The translations under genes and the position numbers were made by a program. Below, one piece after another: positions 7,776 to 15,290 of a stretch of 33,494 nucleotides of DNA; position 1 is the stretch's first letter; each line of letters starts with the position of its first letter. The stretch spans positions 1 through 33,494 of the forward strand of contig JBGQLF010000001.1 in NCBI GenBank assembly GCA_041499985.1, written 5' to 3'. Under the pieces are notes generated by a model, which ran no database searches, was not told the DNA's origin, and saw only the letters and a program-made list of their open reading frames with translations. Origin of the DNA: Gemmataceae bacterium. Its GTDB lineage: Bacteria; Planctomycetota; Planctomycetia; Gemmatales; Gemmataceae.

Positions 7776-7794
7776 CAAGGAGAAGGAAATCATC

Positions 7795-8058
7795 ATGTCT
7801 AAACCAGCACACAAACTCCGCATCGGCGTCCTGCAAGTCACGATCTGGCGCAACAGCGGCGACAAGGGCAACTGGTACAGCGTCAATCCCACCCGCAGCT
7901 ACAAGCAGGGCGATGAAACCTGGAAGGAAACCGACAGTCTGGGCTTCGACGACCTGCTGACGATGGCCAAGCTGTTCGACCAAGCCCACACCTGGATCAT
8001 GCACCAGCAGCAGGCCGACGCCAAGGCCCGCAAGGAATCCGCGCAGGCAGCCGCCTGA
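7795..8058 (+). CDS. small conserved mobile-element protein (87 aa), possibly OB/PC4-like ssDNA-binding (weak impression only)
   Basis: Strong SD (aaggagaagga) 8 nt upstream and a GC3-biased ORF. It is the first gene after module copy 1. The sequence KLRIGVLQVTIWRNSGDKGNWYSVNPTRSYKQGDETWKETDSLGFDDL has a beta-rich pattern. Confidence 0.7.
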   Translation: MSKPAHKLRIGVLQVTIWRNSGDKGNWYSVNPTRSYKQGDETWKETDSLGFDDLLTMAKLFDQAHTWIMHQQQADAKARKESAQAAA

Positions 8059-8065
8059 GCCGGAT

Positions 8066-8103
8066 GCCGGCGGGTGGCCCTGCTGCCCGCCGGCCTCATT
8101 TTC
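8066..8103 (+). terminator. stem-loop with T-run (partial terminator or attenuator) between the 87-aa ORF and the ParB-like gene
   Basis: gccggcggg (8066-8074) pairs perfectly with cccgccggc (8086-8094) and is followed by ctcattttc. Confidence 0.4.
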
Positions 8104-8128
8104 AACCATCAATCTAAAGGAGTCTCTT

Positions 8129-10072
8129 ATGAACAATATCGACATCACCACGCAAACGCAGCTCATTGCCGTCAGCAGGCTGGAGAAATCCCCGCTCAAC
8201 GCCCGCCGCACCGTCCGACCGGACGGGATGGGCGAGCTGAAGGCTTCCCTGCTGGCACACGGCCTGATGCAGAACCTCGTCGTCACCGACGCTGGCGACG
8301 GCGCCTTTCGCGTCATCGCCGGCGGACGGCGTCTGGAGGCGATCCGCTCGCTTCAGGCCGAAGCCAAGCTGCCAGCGGATTTCGCGGTGCCATGCCAGGT
8401 CGTGACCGAAGACCACGCTCTGGAAATGAGCCTCGCCGAGAACACCGTCCGGCTGGCCATGCACCCGGCCGACCAGTTTGAAGCGTTCGCCGCCCTCATC
8501 GACAAGGGAGCGGCCGCTGCCGAGGTAGGGCAGCGCTTCGGCGTCGAGGAGGGTCTTGTCCTCAAACGGATGAAGCTGGCCCGCGTCGCGCCGCAGCTGC
8601 TCAAGGAATACCGCAGCGACGGCATCACGCTGGAATGCCTGATGGCCTTCACCGTCACGGACGACCATCGTCGTCAGCTCAAGGTCTTCAAGTCCCTGCA
8701 AGACTGGCAGAAGAACGACCCGAGCGCCATCCGCGCCGCTCTCACCGAAAAGATGATCGAGGCTGGCAGCAAGCTGGCCCGCTTCGTCGGGCTGGACGCC
8801 TATGTGGCGGCCGGCGGTGCCACCCGCGCTGACCTGTTCGGCGAGGAGGTCTATCTCGAAAAGCCGGTTCTCCTGCATCGGCTGGCCGAGGAGAAACTCG
8901 ACGGCATCCGACAGGAGCTGGAGGCCGAGGGCTGGGGCTGGATCGAGATCAACCCGGAGCGGGACTGGGAAACCATCCACCGCTGCGAGCGGATTCGGCC
9001 GCGACTGATCGGGGCGTCGGCCGAGCTGGTCGCTCTCAAATCGAAGCTGGACGCCGAGCTGGAGGAAACGGAAAGTGCCCTTGCTGACACCGAGTCCGAT
9101 TCCTTGCTGGAGCAGCAGCAGCAGGCGCTTCAGGACCGGCTAGACGAAGTGGAGCAGAAACTTGCTGCCTTCGTCGGCTTCGACGCCGAGCATAAGAAGC
9201 TGGCCGGCTGCTATGTCTCGATCGGCCAGGACGGCACGCCGTTCCTCGACAAGGGCCTGGTGAAACCCGAACACCGCAAGCAACTGGCCCGGCTACTCAA
9301 GGCAGATGGCGGGGACGGCGAACCGGCTCAGGCGAAGCCGAAAAACCCCTTCTCCGAGACCCTGCGCCGCGACCTCGCCAACTACCGCTTGCAGGTAGCC
9401 CAGGTCGAGATCGCCAAGCATCCGGCGATTGCCCTCGATCTTCTGGTCTTTAAGGTAGCGAGCGTGATGCTGGGAATGCATCGGGTCCCAGACGGGCCGG
9501 ACTTGCTTTTCAAGCGTCACGACGCGGTTCCGACGACGCAGAAGGCAGGGACTCCGGCCAGTGAGACCCTGGCAGCGATTGAGAAATCCCTTCCCGACGG
9601 TTGGCGCAAGCCGAAATCGGAAGCCGCCCGCTTCGAGGCGTTCCGCTCGCTGCCCCAGGCGGACAAGCTGGAGTTGCTGGCCTACTGCGTGGCGTTGACG
9701 CTGCAACCGAAGCTCGCTCCCGCTGACGGCGACGAGGCCACGGCCTACGATGCCGCACTGGCGTTGACCGAAGCCAGCGTGGCCGGCTACTGGCGTCCGG
9801 GCAAAGACAACTATCTCGGCCGCATCACCCGCGACCAGTTGCTTGCCCTTGCCCGCGACACCCTGGGCGAAGCGTGGGCGCAATCGCGAGCGAGCGACAA
9901 GAAAGCGTCGCTGGTCGAGCAATTGGACCGCGCCTTCGCCGATCCCGCCAAGCAGGGCCGGACGCCCGAGCAAGCGGAAAAGCTGAAAAGCTGGCTTCCC
10001 GCCCGCATGGCCTTCGGCACTGTTCCCACGCTGGAAGCCGGCAAGGCTAACAAAGCCAGGAAGGTGGCCTGA
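8129..10072 (+). CDS. ParB/Srx N-terminal-domain protein (large plasmid/ICE ParB-like nuclease-domain protein)
   Basis: N-terminus LIAVSRLEKSPLNARRT...LKASLLAHGLMQNLVV...FRVIAGGRRLEAIRSL matches the ParB N-domain GxxR box. It has a long helical C-terminal extension (647 aa). SD aaaggag lies upstream. Confidence 0.9.
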   Translation: MNNIDITTQTQLIAVSRLEKSPLNARRTVRPDGMGELKASLLAHGLMQNLVVTDAGDGAFRVIAGGRRLEAIRSLQAEAKLPADFAVPCQVVTEDHALEMSLAENTVRLAMHPADQFEAFAALIDKGAAAAEVGQRFGVEEGLVLKRMKLARVAPQLLKEYRSDGITLECLMAFTVTDDHRRQLKVFKSLQDWQKNDPSAIRAALTEKMIEAGSKLARFVGLDAYVAAGGATRADLFGEEVYLEKPVLLHRLAEEKLDGIRQELEAEGWGWIEINPERDWETIHRCERIRPRLIGASAELVALKSKLDAELEETESALADTESDSLLEQQQQALQDRLDEVEQKLAAFVGFDAEHKKLAGCYVSIGQDGTPFLDKGLVKPEHRKQLARLLKADGGDGEPAQAKPKNPFSETLRRDLANYRLQVAQVEIAKHPAIALDLLVFKVASVMLGMHRVPDGPDLLFKRHDAVPTTQKAGTPASETLAAIEKSLPDGWRKPKSEAARFEAFRSLPQADKLELLAYCVALTLQPKLAPADGDEATAYDAALALTEASVAGYWRPGKDNYLGRITRDQLLALARDTLGEAWAQSRASDKKASLVEQLDRAFADPAKQGRTPEQAEKLKSWLPARMAFGTVPTLEAGKANKARKVA

Positions 10073-10081
10073 TCAACACTC

Positions 10082-10110
10082 GGGCGGGCAGTGATGCCCG
10101 CCCATTCTTT
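10082..10110 (+). terminator. stem-loop with T-rich tail after the ParB-like gene
   Basis: gggcgggc (10082-10089), loop agtgat, gcccgccc (10096-10103), then attcttt. Confidence 0.4.
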
Positions 10111-10125
10111 GGAAAGGAATCTCCC

Positions 10126-11046
10126 ATGATGAATCGTATCGACCTCTACACCCGCGTCACCAACGCCATCATCGCCGACCTTGAAAAAGGGGTTCGCCCC
10201 TGGCTCAAGCCCTGGAACGCCGAGCACGCCGCCGGACGGATCACCCGGCCCTTGCGAGCGGGCGGCCAGCCCTACAAGGGAATCAATGTGCTGATGCTCT
10301 GGGCAGCGGCCATGACCCAGAACTTCGCCGCCCCCATCTGGATGACCTTCCAGCAGGCGAAAGAACGGAAGGCCAACGTCAGGAAAGGCTCCAGGGGATC
10401 GCTGGTCGTCTACGCCGACCGCATCACCAGGACCGAGACCGCCGCAGACGGTGAGGAGAACGAGCGCGCTATCTACTTCATGAAGGGCTACACCGTCTTC
10501 AACGTCGAGCAGATCGAGGGGCTCCCGCCCCACTTCTACGCCACCGCCGCGCCGCAACTCGATCCGCTGCACCGGATCGAGCCGGCCGACCTGTTCTTCG
10601 CCAACACCAGGGCCGACATCCGCCACGGTGGGAATCACGCTTATTACGCCCCCGAGCCTGATTACGTGCAGATGCCGCCGTTCGTGTCCTTCAGGGACGC
10701 CGAGAGTTATTTCTCGACGCTGGGACATGAAATGACCCATTGGACGAAACATCGGGCCCGGCTCGACCGGGACTTCGGTCGCAGGAAGTTCGGCGACGAA
10801 GGTTACGCCCGTGAAGAACTGGTCGCCGAGATCGGGGCCGCGTTCCTTTGCTGCGACCTCGGCATCACCCCGGAACCCCGCGACGACCACGCCGCTTACC
10901 TCGACCACTGGCTCAAAGTCCTGAAGGACGACAAGCGCGCCATCTTCCAGGCAGCCGCCCACGCCCAACGGGCCGTGGACTTCCTGCACGGGCTCCAGCC
11001 CGTTGGGGCACACATCTCAACTCACGAGCGGGGAGACCAGCCATGA
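10126..11046 (+). CDS. ardC: ArdC-like antirestriction protein (N-terminal ssDNA-binding domain + zincin metalloprotease domain)
   Basis: DLYTRVTNAIIADLEKGVRPWLKPW...YKGINVLMLW...WMTFQQAKE matches the ArdC-N/DUF1738 pattern. It carries an HEMTH metalloprotease motif (HExxH). Length 306 aa. Confidence 0.9.
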   Translation: MMNRIDLYTRVTNAIIADLEKGVRPWLKPWNAEHAAGRITRPLRAGGQPYKGINVLMLWAAAMTQNFAAPIWMTFQQAKERKANVRKGSRGSLVVYADRITRTETAADGEENERAIYFMKGYTVFNVEQIEGLPPHFYATAAPQLDPLHRIEPADLFFANTRADIRHGGNHAYYAPEPDYVQMPPFVSFRDAESYFSTLGHEMTHWTKHRARLDRDFGRRKFGDEGYAREELVAEIGAAFLCCDLGITPEPRDDHAAYLDHWLKVLKDDKRAIFQAAAHAQRAVDFLHGLQPVGAHISTHERGDQP

Positions 11047-11315
11047 CCGGCGTCTTTCGCTTTCCGCTCGGTCAGGTGGCCGTCACCGCGAACGCCAGCT
11101 TGCGGCTCACCACCGAAGAGGTTCTGACCGCCCTGCGCCGGCACGCCTCCGGCGACTGGGGCGACCTGTGCCCCGAGGACACGCTGGCAAACGACACCGC
11201 CGTGCAGCAAGGAGGCCGGCTGTTGTCGGCCTACGGGCAAGGCGCAAGCCGCTTCTGGGTCATCACCGAGGCGGACCGTTCCGTGACGACGCTGCTCTTG
11301 CCGCAGGACTACTGA
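11043..11315 (+). CDS. small conserved plasmid/ICE protein (90 aa; GDWGDL...FWVITEADRS..TLLLPQDY type)
   Basis: The ATG at 11043 overlaps the ArdC stop (ATGA). The track ORF 10848..11315 is an upstream over-extension in the same frame. Confidence 0.7.
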   Translation: MTGVFRFPLGQVAVTANASLRLTTEEVLTALRRHASGDWGDLCPEDTLANDTAVQQGGRLLSAYGQGASRFWVITEADRSVTTLLLPQDY

Positions 11316-11637
11316 CAAGCCGGCCAGTTCCGACTGCTCACCCTGCCTCACAGGCACGGTTGCGCATCGGCCCGTCAGCGCCGCCCCGTGCCACGGCCGA
11401 ACAGTGGGTGGCCGCTGGCCACCTTAGCGGAACGATGGCACGGAGTAGCCAGTCCAGTGGCCGAATCCCATCGCCAACGGCAGGGGTGATCTGGCCGTGG
11501 AACGAGCACGATCGAAGGTACTAATGGCGAGAAAAAATGGCCGGTCTGGCTGGCGGAAACATGCCCAGCCTTTAGGATAGCCCCCTGTCAATGAGGTACC
11601 TCCCCTCTTCCGTCCCGCCCCCGCACGGGGTCCTCAA

Positions 11638-11766
11638 AACGGCACTGTGGGGACGCCGCCGGGCCTGTCAAGCTTGCAGCGGGACCCTACCCCCTTCGCT
11701 TGACAGGCCCGGACTATGGCCTCCCCGCTCGCGTGCCGTAAGGCCCCGATAAGCGGGGCCGGAAAC
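11638..11766 (+). promoter_or_regulatory. structured leader module, copy 2 (upstream of the small-ORF operon)
   Basis: Same 5' block (aacggcactgtg...ccgggcctgtcaa) and 3' block (gcgtgccgtaaggccccgataagcggggccggaaac) as copy 1. It has perfect 15-bp inverted arms, ccgggcctgtcaagc (11659-11673) and gcttgacaggcccgg (11698-11712). SD gaggagga follows, and the ATG is at 11787. Confidence 0.6.
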
Positions 11767-11786
11767 CCGAAGAGGAGGACACCACG

Positions 11787-11948
11787 ATGAGACACGCACA
11801 CACCGACCAAGCCCCGACGGGCGCCGACACGCCGGCCGACGAGTTCGACGCCTGGCTTGACGCATTCGCCAGCGCCGAGGCGGACGACGCCCTGGACCGA
11901 CAGCTGTTCGCGATCCGTGAATCGCTTGCCGACTTCCGCAGCCTGTAG
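11787..11948 (+). CDS. hypothetical acidic small protein (53 aa)
   Basis: Below the ORF-track size cut-off. My translation is MRHAHTDQAPTGADTPADEFDAWLDAFASAEADDALDRQLFAIRESLADFRSL*. It sits exactly where the genes following the other module copies start. Confidence 0.5.
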   Translation: MRHAHTDQAPTGADTPADEFDAWLDAFASAEADDALDRQLFAIRESLADFRSL

Positions 11949-11962
11949 CAAGGGAGCACGCC

Positions 11963-12196
11963 ATGACAAACCAGAACTGCCTCGCCGGCGTGAAATGCCC
12001 GGAATGCGGCAACGAGAATCACTTCCTGATCGTCGCCACCATTCTTGCGGACGTGACCGATGGCGGTGCCGATATCGCTGACGGCTCAGACTTTCACTGG
12101 GATGACGCCAGCATGACTCGCTGTCCCGATTGCGACAAGGACGGCCCGCTATCCGAGTTTCACACACAATCAACCGAGAAAGGAATCGCAACATGA
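11963..12196 (+). CDS. zinc-ribbon small protein (77 aa)
   Basis: CPECG...CPDC cysteine pairs. SD aagggag lies 7 nt upstream, and the stop overlaps the next ATG (ATGA). Confidence 0.65.
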   Translation: MTNQNCLAGVKCPECGNENHFLIVATILADVTDGGADIADGSDFHWDDASMTRCPDCDKDGPLSEFHTQSTEKGIAT

Positions 12197-12597
12197 AAGT
12201 ATTCGACAACTACGAGATCAGCCCCTGCAAACGGTACGAGGAACCCGACTCACCCGGAAAGTTCTACTTCGAGGTCTGCGCGGCGGCCGAGGCCGATGTT
12301 TGGACGCTCTACGGCCACATCAACGGCGAGGGCGTTCAGGCGATCGGTGACTTCTCCACCCGCGAGCACGCCAAGGAGGTGTACTCCTGCATTACTGGGC
12401 AGGCGTTCCCGGATTCTTATCTGTCAGCCGACTGGCTCAGGGTCATTCACACGGGGCCGAAATTGCTGGAGGCCCTCAAGGAATTAGTGGTGCATCTCGA
12501 TGAGGATTGCCCCGCGTCTTCCCGGTGCCGGCACCTTACAGAAGCAATCGAGAGTGCTCACGCTATCGTTGCCGAAGCGACCCGGAGGGCAGCATGA
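12193..12597 (+). CDS. hypothetical protein (134 aa), shares a C-terminal module with the next ORF
   Basis: ATG at 12193 preceded by gagaaagga. The track ORF from 12130 is an over-extension. The protein ends ...AIVAEATRRAA. Confidence 0.7.
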   Translation: MKVFDNYEISPCKRYEEPDSPGKFYFEVCAAAEADVWTLYGHINGEGVQAIGDFSTREHAKEVYSCITGQAFPDSYLSADWLRVIHTGPKLLEALKELVVHLDEDCPASSRCRHLTEAIESAHAIVAEATRRAA

Positions 12598-12935
12598 ACA
12601 CCACGAAGCATTCCCCAGCACCTTGGAGCTACGAGTACAGCCCGTACACCGTCCGTAATCCCGGAACCCACGGCACCAAGCAACCGGGGAACGACATCCC
12701 CGCCTATGAAATCTTCGATGCCGATGGCAACAAGGTCTTCGATACCAACGAGGACACCGCGGACGAACTTCAGGAAGCAAACGCTCGCATGGGAGCAGCT
12801 GCCCCAACGCTGCTGGTATCTCTCGTCACGTATGCGAACCTGCTCGCCGACTACGACGAATCGGACGGCCCCGAAGGCGAAGCCTACCGTGAGGCCCTGG
12901 CTGCAATCGCCGAAGCGACCGGGAGGGCAGCATGA
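12594..12935 (+). CDS. hypothetical protein (113 aa), paralogous C-terminal module
   Basis: The ATG at 12594 overlaps the preceding stop (ATGA) and is preceded by GGAGGG. The protein starts MNTTKHSPAPWSYE and ends ...AAIAEATGRAA. Confidence 0.7.
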   Translation: MNTTKHSPAPWSYEYSPYTVRNPGTHGTKQPGNDIPAYEIFDADGNKVFDTNEDTADELQEANARMGAAAPTLLVSLVTYANLLADYDESDGPEGEAYREALAAIAEATGRAA

Positions 12936-13087
12936 CGAATGATCCAATGAAACCGGGCCGCCTTCAGGAACGCCTCGGCCCGACGCCAGAGAGCGCTTCC
13001 TGTTATTGGCTTGCCGCTCCCATACCGGGGGTGGATCCCCCGCTCCATCAAGGATACCCTCCGGCGTCCGAAGCGACCCCTCCCTAG
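12932..13087 (+). CDS. possible third coupled small ORF (51 aa), maybe a decayed paralog
   Basis: The same GGAGGGCAGCATGA junction occurs at 12922-12935. My translation is MTNDPMKPGRLQERLGPTPESASCYWLAAPIPGVDPPLHQGYPPASEATPP*. It again ends in ..EAT.. and the DNA carries ccgaagcgaccc a third time. Confidence 0.3.
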   Translation: MTNDPMKPGRLQERLGPTPESASCYWLAAPIPGVDPPLHQGYPPASEATPP

Positions 13088-13874
13088 CTTCCGCGCGCCC
13101 AAAGCCTCGCTTGTGCAGCCAGTGAGACCCTCCCCGCCGTCCGTCCTTGACTCCGCTCCCCCCTTGCATTTTTCCCTCTGTTCCGGTTGATCGCGTTCGA
13201 TCAAACCAGACATGAATCACTCCAAGCTCCCGAGGCGCAAGCTTCATCCTGATTCCAATCTCGCGCCCCCGCGAGCGATATCCACATCACTGTTCCGAGC
13301 GTCGGCTGAAACCGGCGCTCGGCTGCCATATACCCTTGACTTCTTCAGCCCTCCCGAAGGGCGCTCCCCCTCACGCATTGATGCGGTTTTGCCGCAATGA
13401 ACCATGCATGTTTTTTGCAAGCTTGCTAATCATTTTTTGCACAGGCGTCTTCCCTATGCTCTGCATAGGCCGACTGGAACGGTTCCAGCCGCCTGAATTG
13501 CCACCGAAAGCACCCGATGCCATGAAGGCTTGCACGAGGCGCCGCCTTCTCGGATTTCCGTCCTGCCCAAGCTCTTATGAATGAAATCAAGAAGTTTGTG
13601 CAATACTTGTCAGAGCAGTGGTCGAGCCCTGCTGCTACGGAAGGCAGATGGGCCGCACCCAGAGCCGGGGGCAGAGTTTGAGACGACGGCCAATCACACT
13701 CTTATACGTGGGTTGGATACCACAGGACCGTTTTTCGTCTTGACCTTCCTGAGCCTGCGGTCGTGCGTCGGCACCGTTGCGTGTATTCAACGGGCCGGCC
13801 AAAAGCTTGGGACCAGGGTTGCCAACTATTCTCTGCCACCGGCGCTGACTGCGGGGCTTTGTCGGCGAATCCAG

Positions 13875-15002
13875 CTACGAAGCTTGAGCCACCGTCGTCG
13901 GAAGTGAAACTGTCCGCGCGATTGCCCAAATAAAGGTGGCCATCTCACGGGCAATGGCAGTAACGGTTATATTCTTGTTCTTGCCACGCGCACACATGGA
14001 CCGGTAACGGTGGCAAAGCCTAACCTGTGCCTTCCAGGCGATGTCCAGCACTTCTTTTGTCAGGCCGCTGTGCCGTTGTGTCAAAACGCTGCTGACCCGA
14101 GCAGGCATCCGGTACGCCCAAGCGCCTTCAATTAGGACCCGTCGCGCGTGCTTACTGCCCGCCTTGGTGATGGGTCCCCGGATGACGCGGCTTCCGGATG
14201 AATGCTCAGACGGTGAGAGCCCCAGGTAACTGACCAGTTGCCGAGGGTGGATGAAACGGCTGAAGTCGCCGATCTCGGACACCAGGATCACGGCGGCGAT
14301 CTCGGACACGCCACGCATTGCCTGGATCGCCTGCACCACCGGCGCCAGCGTCCAGCCGGGCAGCAGCTTCATGATCTGTTGCTCCAACCGGGAAAGCCGG
14401 TCTTGGCTGTCGCGGATGGCCGCCAGGTTTTCCTCGATTAGAATGTAATGCGCCGGATGGTCGAACTTCAGCTCACGAATCCAGTTGATGTGGGCCTTGG
14501 TCCAGTGGGTCTTACCCTGGTAAATGCGGCCGTGCCGAAGCAGGAAGCCTTGAAGGTGCTGGCGGTATTTCTTCACCATGTCCATCGCCGTAGTGCGGGC
14601 CCGGATCAGGTCACGCATGGCCTCATGGGCCTCGTCGGGCACCCAGATTGTGGTCAGGTCTCCGGCGCGGTGCAGCCGGGCCAGCTCCAGCGCGTCGCGA
14701 CGATCGTTTTTGACGCGAACGCCCTTCTTGGTGGGAGTATGGGACGGGGCGATGACGATACACTCGTGACCCAACCCCGCAATCTGGCGCTGAAGGCCAT
14801 ACCCGCATGGGCCCGCCTCGTAGCAGAAAAATAGCTTGCCGTACTTGCCGGCCAGCTTCTTGAGGAGCTTCAGGACCGCCGCTGGCTCGTTGGCGATTTG
14901 TCCGTAGTAGCGAATCTCGCCGTCTCGGCCGTCCTCGGCGATGGCAACGGCGATGGTCTCTTTGTGCGTGTCAAGTCCGATAAATGCTGTATTATTGGTC
15001 AT
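13875..15002 (-). CDS. IS110 family transposase
   Basis: N-terminus MTNNTAFIGLDTHKETIAVAI matches the DEDD/RuvC-like domain. The C-terminal Transposase_20 pattern is LLPGWTLAPVVQAIQAMRGVSEIAAVILVSEIGDFSRFIHPRQLVSYLGLSPSEHSSGSRVIRGPITKAGSKHARRVL. Confidence 0.95.
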   Translation of the reverse strand: MTNNTAFIGLDTHKETIAVAIAEDGRDGEIRYYGQIANEPAAVLKLLKKLAGKYGKLFFCYEAGPCGYGLQRQIAGLGHECIVIAPSHTPTKKGVRVKNDRRDALELARLHRAGDLTTIWVPDEAHEAMRDLIRARTTAMDMVKKYRQHLQGFLLRHGRIYQGKTHWTKAHINWIRELKFDHPAHYILIEENLAAIRDSQDRLSRLEQQIMKLLPGWTLAPVVQAIQAMRGVSEIAAVILVSEIGDFSRFIHPRQLVSYLGLSPSEHSSGSRVIRGPITKAGSKHARRVLIEGAWAYRMPARVSSVLTQRHSGLTKEVLDIAWKAQVRLCHRYRSMCARGKNKNITVTAIAREMATFIWAIARTVSLPTTVAQAS

Positions 15003-15012
15003 GGCTTACCTC

Positions 15013-15290
15013 CTATGATTGAGTCAAGGCGGCGGACCATCCGCCGCAACACTCGTATATCACAGCCGAGGTAAGCCGCCTCGCATTTCATTCATAGGGC
15101 CTGCGGCATCCCTGGCCGCACCTTTGGTCCCGCGGCCGAAAATCCGGGGCGATGGGCAGGCGGCGGCTGTCCCATGCACCCATGCACACGATTGCCCTAA
15201 ATGCCCCGAGAAACGTCTATGTCAAACCCCGAAAAAGCTGCGAAATGCAAGTGGCGAAAGTCTAGGTTTTATGCGGTTGTGATAGCTATC
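15013..15290 (-). ncRNA. candidate IS110 5' non-coding RNA (bridge/seeker-type guide RNA region) including an SD-sequestering stem
   Basis: This is an inference from family knowledge: IS110-group elements encode a structured guide RNA upstream of the recombinase. Seen in the sequence: ggcttacctc (minus strand, 15077-15068) is complementary to the SD/start context gaggtaagcc (15012-15003). An inner hairpin gcggcgga/tccgccgc and several further GC stems are also present. Confidence 0.35.

Noticed and set aside
8114-11013. Long antisense ORFs opposite the ParB-like and ArdC genes (8114..8980 -, 9293..9973 -, 9811..11013 -)
   Set aside because: These are shadow ORFs of strongly supported + strand genes. 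They show typical high-GC antisense composition, rich in G, R, P, A and L.
13212-13907. Track ORFs 13212..13400, 13336..13584 and 13581..13907 (+), considered as a frameshifted pseudogene
   Set aside because: The translations are R/S/P/C-rich with no protein-like pattern and no recognisable homology. The frames simply alternate in GC-rich DNA.
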